A stretch of DNA of 64,000 bases from Selaginella moellendorffii (lineage: Eukaryota; Plantae; Lycopodiophyta). A program made the position numbers and the translations under genes. The notes below the pieces were generated by a model, which worked only from the letters and a program-made list of their open reading frames with translations, ran no database searches and was not told where the DNA came from. Shown here piece by piece: positions 24,039-34,502 of the stretch. Each line of letters starts with the position of its first letter. Positions within the stretch are counted from its first letter, which is position 1. The stretch lies in assembly GCF_000143415.4 (NCBI RefSeq), contig NW_003314263.1:124001-188000 (forward strand), in the 5' to 3' direction.

Positions 24039-27000
24039 ATGGCCTTCAGGGTTGGGGAAAAGGTTTACATTTTGAATGGTGGGAAGAGAGTTGCAAAAGG
24101 GACCCTTGTATCTATGGATCGGAACTTTGTTATACACTGTCAAAGGCTTGGGGAAGGCAATGCTGCTGTATCAGTAGAGACTGTCTTCGATGGGAATGTG
24201 GTCGCTATTGAACGAGGAGAGATGGTCGTCGGGGTAAATGTTGTTGTTGCCTTGAAAAATCTTCAGAAGAAAGCAGATGTTGGGGACAGCGCAAGTGCGA
24301 CGCATGTTCCCTCCGTGGATCTTAAGAACCGTGCTACATGGATTCAGGCAAAGGTGTTTCTAAACAACCCCGAGGGGGAGGTGGTAGGTGAGGGCTTAGC
24401 CACAGTTGTCGATCCAAGAGATGCAGTTGCTAATCAAGAATTGGGCTGGGATGATATTGGAGTTGCGATTTTAGAGGTTGTTGACACAGAAGAAAACAGT
24501 CTGACTATTGGAAGCATTGTGCGGTGGAAATTGAGGCACTTAGTGTTTGAGAATGTGAAGGATTCACAATCAAACACCACTACAACTGATGACAGAACAT
24601 CTCTTCATGGGAAAAGAAAGTACACCTTCCTAAAGCGCAGCCAAAGGGATCGGAGCAACGAACCGAAAAGGCAGAAAATGGCGATGGAGGTTCGAATGGT
24701 CTCGACAATTGCTTGTTGCAAGAGGAGGTGCTGTCAACATGCTGATTGGGATGCTATTGAAGAGGAGAGAGCAAGATACAAGACATTGTCCTGGAAGGCA
24801 GCTCGCAATTTTGTGTATGAGGCATTACGGTCATCTGTTGATGCTTCAGAACATCAGGTGGGGGGCATGGTCTTCCAGAGGGGTTTGGTCTGCATGAAGG
24901 CATGGAGAATCATTTATGGAGTCCCTCGAACCACATTCTACAGAATCAAAACTGAGTTCGAGGAACAAAGGGTTCAACAGGCAGTCCATGGGAACGACGG
25001 TACGCACAAAACCAGGGGTCATGTTGTATATGGAGAGGCAATCTTCAAGAGGTTTGTCGAGACATGTAGCGAGCAGCAACCACATAAAACCTGCCTCTTG
25101 GAAGATGGAACACGAGACACCCAACGAGTTCTCCCTTCCATGTATACCAAGGGGGCCATATTGGAAGATGTGAATCGGGAACTCCAGAGTAATGGCTATA
25201 GGAAGCTGAGCCAATCTAGATTTAGTAGATTGTGGAGCAACAGGTTCAGGGATGTGAGTATAGGAAAGTACTCCAGCTTTTCAAAGTGTGACAAGTGCAC
25301 TGCTATCAAAATGGCTTTGTCGAAGAATTCTTGCAGCGCTCAAGAGCGAGAGACGTTGGTTAGAAGGCGGCTCGACCACAACATCGAGCAGAGAAGCTGC
25401 AGGACTGCATATTATCATAACAGGATTCTCTCCATGGAGAGACCTGACTCTTACCTCTGCATCATCCACGACAAAATGGACCAGAAAAAGACGTGCTTAC
25501 CTCGACTCAATCCTGCCCCCAAGGCAATCTCTTCATCCATGCAGCTGCCTGTGTCTCTGTTTGGCATAATCGCTCATGGGCATGGTGCCCAGAACTATGG
25601 GAACTTCTTTGTACCTCTATGGGGTGGCGGGGGTGCAAACATGATGATTGCGTCCCTAGCAAAACACTTAAGGTCTCTGCAAAGTGCGCAGACTGAGCTG
25701 AACGGCCAACCCTTGCATAAGGCCCTTGTCGATCGAACCCCATACAGGGTTCAGCTGGAGGAGGAGCAAAGGCTTGCAGTATCGTGTGGGGCCCCATGCC
25801 ATCCCAGTGAATATGTTGGCCGTCAGATTGTAGGGTTATCACGTGAGGCCTCATGCCATTCCGACGAGGCTGGTCGCCCGGTGAATGCACAGCCTCATCC
25901 AAACGAAGAAGAATCTCAAAAAAGTTCTTGCGGCCGATGTGGCCTTCCACCCCATCTTCTGCTCCAAACAGACAATGCTGGCAGTGAGAACAAAAACATG
26001 TACGTCTTCGCGTACTTGGCGATGCTTGTTGCCAAAGGCATATTTGAAACGGTTACACTTGGCTTTCTCATGGTTGGGCACACTCATGAAGATGTCGATG
26101 CCATGTTCAGTCACCTGGCAGAGTCCCTCCGGCGATCCAATGTCCTCACCCTCCCACAACTCTACGATGAATTCCAAAATTGCATCAAAGGCACTGTTGA
26201 AGCTGCATTTCTGACAGAGGTTCCAGACTTTAAGGGGTTTGTAAGAGGCTACATCAGGGACGGATCCGAAACGCTGATTGGCCACTCCAAGCCTCTTCAG
26301 TTTCATTTCAGCATGTGTGACGGTGCTCCAGTGATGAGGTACAAGATGAGAGAATGGGACACAGTGTGGCTGCCAGTGGACGGCATTGAACTCTTCAAGA
26401 GAGATCCCATAACTGGGGAACCTATGATTCCTCAGGGTTCCCCACGGCCGATGCACTCGGATGGACTCAAAGACCAGGAAAGTATAGTGGCCGGGATTAG
26501 ACAGCATATTGCCTTCTGGAAGAGGGGGTTGGTGTTTGGTGGAGAATCCTATTTTCAGAGGTGCAAGCCTTTGCTCGAATACTGGGAGAAGATTATATCT
26601 GCTATCCAAAATGGGCCGGTTGTATATGAAGAATTGGAAGAGTCCTTTTGGCCAGAACCCAGAGCACCAGATAGTAGCGGAACAATGTCCTCTGGAAATG
26701 CAGTGACAGATAACGATGTTGAGGATCACTATTGTGGGTCGAGGAACAAGAAGCCGGATTCAGCATTCAATCTAGTACAGGTCTGCAAAGGAATGGTCGT
26801 GCTTGTCAGACCCAGTAATAAAAAACAAATGATATGGGTGGGGCGCTGCATCACTGATGCAGAGGAGGACGCGGAAACTAACTCCTTCAATGTAACTGTG
26901 GAGTGGTTCAAGCCAAGTTCCGGATATACGAACGATTGCCTAGAAAAGAGATGGGTGCTAAATCCAAGGGATCCCAGCATGAGCATATCGGTGGATAATG

Positions 27001-27180
27001 TTGTGCATGGTTGGATGCGGAAGCAGAGTGCCACCATCACCTTGCCAGACCATGCAAGAGATGCAGCAAGAGCATTCATAACTCGGGTTCAAGGTGAGAT
27101 TCATGAATATTCCTTTACTAAGTTTCTAATGTATTTTATTTCAAGGTGAACAATCCGAATCTGAATCAGAGGAGGCGTGA
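24039..27180 (+). CDS. Sola-like DDD transposase, intact (ORF 24039-27149; probably spliced via intron 27094-27145 to end ...VQGEQSESESEEA*, ~1029 aa)
   Basis: Motifs CDKC, IIHDKMDQKK, LLLQTDNAGSENKN and FLMVGHTHEDVDAMFS. Two N-terminal VA.G...D....LG....V.V repeats and a C-terminal beta-barrel-like module. It lies inside TIRs. Confidence 0.9.
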
Positions 27181-27817
27181 TGGCATGTGGCCTTACGCCA
27201 TTCCTAGGTGAGATGATATAAATAACAAGTATAAATTCTTAGTTGTTCTAGCAAATCTTACTTAAAGTTCAAGGTGAACAAGCCGAATATGAATTCATCG
27301 GATTGTTATAACAAATTGCGAGGTGATGGCATGAGGCGATACGCCATTTGAGAGTGGTAGCCATTCCTATATGTGGTGAGTGAAGTATTTATTAGAAATA
27401 CCTCATTCAATTGTGCACTTCTAAGTCTTGGTCCACTTAGTACTGTTTGCATGTTTTTATTTTAATTCTTTCTCTAAAATGTTATTTAGCATGTGGCTTC
27501 ATGCCATTGCTCTCCACAATCGTGCATTGAATTTCTATCCTTGCATAATACTTCTCCATATATATAGCATGTGCGCACATGTGATATGGTTCATTAGGCC
27601 TGATATAGTGTGTGAGGTAAAACAAAGATGATGTGACATATGCATTTACCAATCACACGTGCATAAATCTAATAATATGGCGTGTGGCCCATATTAATGG
27701 CACATAAACCCATATTGTGGGCTTACGTGCTTTATGTACCATCATTCCTTTGCAGCGTGTGTGTTGTTTTCCTTTTATAACACAACGAACTCCATATTTT
27801 AGGGTGAAGAGCGTTCT

Positions 27818-28076
27818 CATGGCAAGCACAAAATCTGTAAGTGAGGCAGAAAAGGAGACGGAGAAGAAGATAGGTGAAGATGTAGAATATATAAGTCTTC
27901 CAAACTCCCCGTACTATACTCCAGGTGATCATTTTTCTGAACAAACGGCAACATTAATAACTATCGAGAACGCCCCAGTAACGTTAGAGACAACAATCCA
28001 AAGCAAAACAACTAACCCGGAGAAGGATGATAGTACCGCTGAGAGTACCAAAAAGGAGGTGTCCACTAGCGCTTAG
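27818..28076 (+). other. Short low-complexity E/T/K-rich ORF (MASTKSVSEAEKE...) in the transposon 3' region; possible exon or small gene
   Basis: Open in copies 1 and 3 and preceded by TTTTAG. Copy 2 has a deletion near 53447. No recognisable domain. Confidence 0.25.
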
Positions 28077-29789
28077 GCTTATAATGGCGTGTGCCCTCAT
28101 GCCATTTACTTGATCACCAAATACCTTTTTCCCTTTGCACTAGTATATCTTAATACCGGTCTGAGAAATAGAATGGCATGTGCCCTCAGGCCTTTTACTA
28201 AATCACCTTTGAAAGAAATGCAAGCCTCTATGTCGTAAAAAAAAGGTACTAGAGAAATTCCTTAATAATATGAATGTTATTTAGTTTCATGAAAATACAC
28301 TAAGGGTCAAATGAGTTAAATGACTTCTCCAGACTAGCAATGCCTCTTGCTACACCTTCACAATTAGATTCGTTAGAAAAAGATAACATTGAATAATATC
28401 TAAATGTTCTCACCATTAAGTTATATGTCTGGCTAATAGGAATGATGTTCATCTTGGAAAGCTCACCACACGCTCAATGAACAAACAAATAGTGTGTGCG
28501 CGCATGCCATCGCTCTTCTTTAGCTTCAGATTCGGCTTGTTCACCTTGACAATGAGATTTATTATACAACCAGATGGACTCAGTCTGGACATAAAGTCAC
28601 CGCGCTAGTCACCATGCCCTAGATATGTCTAGCCCCTGGACAAAAAACATATAATTTCACGTCATTTTCAAATACTTGAAAATTTGTACCTAGTCCCATT
28701 TTACTGAATAAATCCCACTTTAACGAAATAGAGCATCTAAGGGCTCTCTCATCAAGCAATTGCCCCTTTTCCAGTTAGCTTAAGAGGAGAGAGATAAGGT
28801 GTGCTACATTTGACATCAATTACATCATATTAGTATTGGTGCAACAAAAATTCTTGACACAAAGATTTTTCTTGGAAATAAAGGCAATGGAGGGTTTTTG
28901 TGCAAATACATCAATGACCCCTTTATCCTTCTTTCAAGAGTATCATCAAAAGGTTTACTTAGTAATAATTCATTTTATATTCACTTTTTAATCTTGTTTT
29001 ATAATAAAAGGTCCTTTGTTATCCTCATTGTGCTAGTTGAAATGGGTTTGAGTTTATCTTCTATTGCTTGGCTTATTGAGATAAGACAAATTTAGTTGTG
29101 CATGGGTAATCTTGAGCTTGAGCTTCAATTATTCCGGGTGGAGCTAAATCAAGCTTTTGACATCATTCTTAATATGGATTAATTGTATTGCGATCATGCC
29201 AAATATGACTTTAAAGTTTCCCCCCTTTGTCTCATACTCTTTATATCTCTTTGACAAGGTACATGGGAGGATCTAAGTTCTTAGGCAAACGCCCAAGAGG
29301 CTGGACATGGTGGTCATTTTATCCCTTTATTTTACCTCTACATCCATCACTTTAATCTTTTCATCACTATTTATTATGTTTCCTTTTTATTTTTCTATTC
29401 CCTCTTATAATCTCTCGGATGATCTTTATTTTATAGCAAGTAACAACTCAAGAATGAATATGTTAATCTATTTGACTTTGACCTTTTATTAAGCTAAGAT
29501 TGCAACAGTGACTCATCCTATTTCAACTAAAGATGCTTATCTAATCAAAATTTCTATTGAGCATTTGTTACAAAATGAGAAAAAGATTTTATGACAAATG
29601 TTAAAGAGATATTAAAGAAGGGTCTTGAATATCAAAGTTTAGAAATGTGAATTTCATCTTATGACAAAGCTTAATGAAAGTATTTATTTGCATAAATTAT
29701 TACCCATTAAACTACATAGATATGTACCTTCTACTTCACTCTACTAGATATTGGTTGCATTTCATATTAAATTTCACTTCTGAGTACTA

Positions 29790-29880
29790 ATAGGTGTTAA
29801 TGACCAAGGAGGATATTCCCAAGATTGCTTTCCATACTATGTTTGGTTTGTATAAGTTCTTGGTGATGCCATTCAATTTC
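29790..29880 (+). pseudogene. Highly decayed gypsy reverse-transcriptase fragment in an AT-rich spacer
   Basis: Translates as KEDIPKIAFHTMFGLYKFLVMPF. Confidence 0.65.
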
Positions 29881-30251
29881 ATTTTATTTACATGGTTTCA
29901 ATTGAATAAAAACATCTTACCAAGAGATCATACACATTTTGATGTTATTTATACTTTGTGGCTATTTTTGTGAAATTCTTTACTCCAAAGGGTGTGAATG
30001 ATGTGCAACACTTTCTTAGCAACCATAAAAATCTATATGGTCATAATCCTATATTGCTAATAGTTAAATTTACATTTATGATTACCATAAGCAGTTGATG
30101 CTAGTTCCTAAGATTAATATTTAATGAGCATTCTTCTATTGGTTTGAGTGGAGTGTACTTAACACTTGAGTTGCATACAAGTGAGATAACAATAACACTA
30201 CAAGCTTCATCATTGTCTAATTGGAAGGTATAAAATAGATAACTTGGTATT

Positions 30252-32273
30252 GATGTTGAGGATCACTATTGTGGGCCGAGGAACAAGAAGCTGGATTCAG
30301 CATTCAATTTAGTACAGGTCTGCAAAGGAATGGTCGTGCTTGTCAGACCCAGTAATAAAAAACAAATGATATGGGTGGGGCGCTGCATCACTGATGCAGA
30401 GGAGGACGCGGAAACTAACTCCTTCAATGTAACTGTGGAGTGGTTCAAGCCAAGTTCCGGATATACGAAGGATTGCCTAGAAAAGAGATGGGTGCTGAAT
30501 CCAAGGGATCCCAGCATGAGCATATCGGTGGATAATGTTGTGCATGGTTGGATGCGGAAGCAGAGTGCCACCATCACCTTGCCAGACCATGCAAGAGATG
30601 CAGCAAGAGCATTCATAACCCGGGTTCAAGGTGAGATTCATGAATATTCCTTTACTAAGTTTCTAATGTATTTTATTTCAAGGTGAACAATCCGAATCTG
30701 AATCAAAGGAGGCGTGATGGCATGTGGCCTTACGCCATTCCTAGGTGAGATGATACAAATAACAAGTATAAATTCTTAGTTGTTCTAGCAAATCTTACTT
30801 AAAGTTCAAGGTGAACAAACCGAATATGAATTCATCGGATTGTTATAACAAATTGCGAGGTGATGGCATAAGGCGATACGCCATTTGAGAGTGGTAGCCA
30901 TTCCTATATGAGGTGAGTGAAGTATTTATTAGAAATACCTCATTCAATTGTGCATTTCTAAGTCTTGGTCCACTTAGTACTGTTTGCATGTTTTTATTTT
31001 AATTCTTTCTCTAAAATGTTATTTAGCATGTGGCTTCATGCCATTGCTCTCCACAATCATGCATTGAATTTCTATCCTTGCATAATACTTCTCCATATAT
31101 ATAGCATGTGCGCACATGTGATATGGTTCATTAGGCCTGATATAGTGTGTGAGGTAAAACAAAGATGATGTGACATATGCATTTACCAATCACACGTGCA
31201 TAAATCTAATAATATGGCATGTGGCCCATATTAATGGCACATAAACCCATATTGTGGGCTTACGTACTTTATGTACCATCATTCCCTTGCAGCGTGTGTG
31301 TTGGTTTCCTTTTATAACACAACGAACTCCATATTTTAGGGTGAAGAGCGTTCTCATGGCAAGCACAAAATCTATAAGTGAGGCAGAAAAGGAGACGGAG
31401 AAGGAGATAGGTGAAGATGTAGAATATATAAGTCTTCCAAACTCCCCATACTATACTCCAGGTGATCATTTTTCTGAACAAACGGCAACATTAACAACTA
31501 TCGAGAACGCCCCAGTAACGTCAGAGACAACAATCCAAAGCAAAACAACTGACCCGGAGAAGGATGATAGTACCGCTGAGAGTACCAAAAAGGAGGTGTC
31601 CACTAGCGCTTAGGCTTATAATGGTGTGTGCCCTCATGCCATTTACTTGATCACCAAATACCTTTTTCCCTTTGCACTAGTATATCTTAATACCGGTCTG
31701 AGAAATAGAATGGCATGTGCCCTCAGGCCTTTTACTAAATCACCTTTGAAAGAAATGCAAGCCTCTATGTCGTAAAAAAAAGGTACTAGAGAAATTCCTT
31801 AATAATATGAATGTTATTTAGTTTCATGAAAATACACTAAGGGTCAAATGAGTTAAATGACTTCTCCAGACTAGCAATGCCTCTTGCTACACCTTCACAA
31901 TTAGATTCGTTAGAAAAAGATAACATTGAATAATATCTAAATGTTCTCACCATTAAGTTATATGTCTGGCTAATAGGAATGACGTTCATCTTAGAAAGCT
32001 CACCACACGCTCAATGAACAAACAAATAGTGTGTGCGCGCATGCCATCGCTCTTCTTTAGCTTCAGATTCGGCTTGTTCACCTTGACAATGAGATTTATT
32101 ATACAACCAGATGGACTCAGTCTGGACATAAAGTCACCGCGCTAGTCACCATGCCCCAGATATGTCTAGCCCCTGGATAAAAAACATATAATTTCACGTC
32201 ATTTTCAAATACTTGAAAATTTGTACCTAGTCCCATTTTACTGAATAAATCCCACTTTAACGAAATAGAGCAT
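30252..32273 (+). mobile_element. 5'-truncated right-end fragment of the Sola-like transposon (copy 3)
   Basis: Colinear with 26715-28736. Includes the transposase C-terminus (30330-30686) and the right TIR ending GAGCAT at 32273. Confidence 0.93.
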
Positions 32274-33505
32274 ATTTGCAGTTTTTCACTTTTTCTTCCG
32301 CTTCTCGTCACACTTTAGCTTGCGTATGAGAGTCTCCAGCAGGGCATTGGTCTGTGCCAATTGTCCTTTTAGAACGTCCAATTAAGCTTTGGACGACCGA
32401 ACCTCGCCATCGGACTCCTGTTTGGAAGTTTCCTCACTGGAGACCTCCTTATGCAAGGATTCCTCATCCATAGCCTCTTGTTCGACCGAAGACTCCAGCT
32501 TTGGAGGAGGTTTCGTCTCCGCCTTCGTTTATTTCTGCCTTGCCTTTGTTATCTCCCAGCAATCCGCCTCTATCCTTTGCTAGAACTGAGGAAAAGGCTC
32601 CGATACTAAATTGTAAGCCACAAATTTTTCTTTTCCAATTTGCCAGCTTACCTCGTCTATCCGACTAACACTGCCTTGGCTTTTGCTAAGTTCCCTCGCT
32701 AAGGTCCCTGCCTATTGTACCAGCTTCTACTTGGTCTTACTTGGTTTCAGCTACTTACTGCACAAGCAACGAAGCGTTAGCCATCCATCCACAAATTCCC
32801 AAATCTCTCCCAATCCCCCTCCCCGGGTTAAACTGGACTTAAGGTTCGGCTACACTCCCCGTAGGCACAAGCAGCCAAGCACACCAAGCCTCTAGGTTCC
32901 TAACATCCCTTGGTACAACAAGACTTGATCATGGGACCCTCTAAATCCCAAGCCTTGGGTGCAACACTTACTTCGGGACACTGGGGCGAAACACTGTGGC
33001 CTAACGGCCCGGTATGGGTACTTCTACCCCCCCACCTCTATCCCGAAGGGAAGGCCCAAGCCTCTAGAAAGGGCGAGGACCAATGAGCCACAAGGTACTC
33101 AAGTTGGCCACCACTCCACATGAGCCGGGAGCACCGCAGTCTATTTCCTTTTCGGGAGTGGAAGCTGCTCTTGAGCACTTCCTTGGGTGGCTCCTCCGAC
33201 ACCACCCAAGTCCATGCTCACTCCCACCCAAGGCCCCTCGGCCCCAGTCTTAACCTCAAGTCAGTTTGGAAGCACCACTAGAGAGTTCTTTCAAGACTGG
33301 TTCCTAGACCTCACTATCCTTACTATACTTTTGGAACCCCCTGCAAAACCCCCACCCCCCCATGGGAGACGCATGCTTTGGGCTTTCACCCCTTGACCCG
33401 TATTAGTACTCGGACTCGGTCTCGGACTTGGTCTTGGACTTGACTTCGGACTTGGACTAAGACTCAATCTCAGACTCGATCTCGGACTCGATCTCGGACC
33501 CAACT
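32274..33505 (-). mobile_element. Fragment of another LTR element: leader, PBS and truncated LTR (from 32612) with short GGACTC array
   Basis: GCTCCGATACTA (reverse PBS, ~32597-32608) is followed by TGTAAG at 32612. Shares the GCTTTGGGCTTTCACCC motif and GGACTC-type repeats (33410-33500) with family A. Confidence 0.6.
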
Positions 33506-34502
33506 CTATGCCAAAGTTACTTTCTTTTGGGGAACACCTTTCTCACAACTTTAGTATGGCACATTCTGCTATTGATGAGATACCCTCTATTCTCATACTT
33601 GGATCCTATAATCCCCCCATCCTTCGTGGGGTACAACACACCTTAATCCAAATGCTTCCATCAATCCCTTAGGATTATTTTTTGACTCATCTAGCTTTTT
33701 GAACTTTGTTAATTCGATGATTCGTGAGGTCCTACCTTTGAGGTGCCAGCTCACTGGAAGACAACTTTTTGTATTCAGGTCCTACTCACAAGGACCATCT
33801 TTGCAAGTGTTATTCCAACACTTGATTTTGTTCTCTAGGGGAAACCTTTTGCCCCTTAGGACATTTGTCCATATGATGAGAATACCAACTTATCCTCTAA
33901 ATACACCCCCAACTCCTTGGGTTGTTCCAACATCTATTAAAGGTAGACCCAGCTACCATTTCAAGGACTTGTGTCCTCTTCCATATTTGACTTCTCACGG
34001 TCATTAATTCCAGTCTCAAATTTATGAGCACCAGCCTCAACTATATGAGGGTAATCTTGTGAAGCTCTATTTCGTTAAAGTGGGAATTGTCATTATCCCA
34101 CTGTAAAATAAAGTTTCCAAACCTTTATATAGTATATAAATATAACAAAATTCAACTGCATTGAGGCACATGCCATTTTATTTTAAACAAGGAAATGTCT
34201 ACTCAATCACTTCTCCTCCCCCTACCACTGCTTCACCTCTCTCTTCTCCTTGTCATCGTCGTCCAATTTCTTTCCATCCTTTTAATATTGGCTCAGTTGC
34301 TCCGAGTCTAGGTGGAGCCCAAGTCCCCATTCAATCTTTACTTTCCCCTTATTAATAAAACAACTTCGTAGACTTCCAATAACATGCTGTAACACTTCTA
34401 GTATAATGTAAATCCTCTCAAAGAATTGTCTTTTAACATTAATACAATGGCATGGAACCCCATGCCATAATAAGTTACATTTTTAAATAAATACATGCCA
34501 TC

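Larger units (their letters stand above)
15416..28510. repeat. Dispersed 22-bp palindrome family (~30 copies), consensus ATGGCRTGWGGCCWCAYGCCAT
   Basis: Copies start at 15416, 16493, 16568, 17810, 18001, 18142, 19614, 20891, 20951, 21028, 21807, 21942, 22101, 22180, 23044, 23116, 23152, 23767, 23865, 23935, 25781, 25838, 27180, 27326, 27486, 27677, 28084, 28173 and 28489; some are degenerate or half sites. I did not see it outside the transposon copies. Confidence 0.93.
15030..28736 (+). mobile_element. Complete 13.7 kb DNA transposon, Sola-like (copy 1)
   Basis: 24-bp TIRs AAGCTCTATTTCGTTAAAGTGGGA (15030-15053) and TCCCACTTTAACGAAATAGAGCAT (28713-28736). 4-bp TSD CTAA (15026-15029, 28737-28740). 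The empty site is visible in the sister TRIM LTR (GCCACTAAGGGCTC, ~6665). Encodes a DDD-type transposase. Confidence 0.95.
6579..28808 (+). mobile_element. TRIM (miniature LTR retrotransposon, ~675 bp when empty) split by two nested insertions
   Basis: 162-bp LTRs at 6579-6740 and 14936-15029 + 28741-28808, differing by 5 transitions. Met-i PBS TGGTATCGGAGC follows the 5' LTR and PPT AAAGGGGGGGTGAG precedes 14936. TSD TTTGA at 6574-6578 and 28809-28813. Internal region ~350 bp, non-coding. Confidence 0.92.

Noticed and set aside
25851-26729. 292-aa antisense ORF, and similar shadows of the PPR and cargo genes
   Set aside because: Opposite-strand shadows of well-supported genes, with no motifs.
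15416-28510. Palindromic repeats as a CRISPR-like array
   Set aside because: Spacing is irregular (tens to thousands of bp), copies lie in introns and UTRs, the context is eukaryotic and there is no cas-like gene.
34056-34062. 6-bp TSD TTGTGA for copy 2
   Set aside because: Copy 1 and its empty site allow only a 4-bp TSD (CTAA), which fixes the termini at AAG...CTT/CAT.
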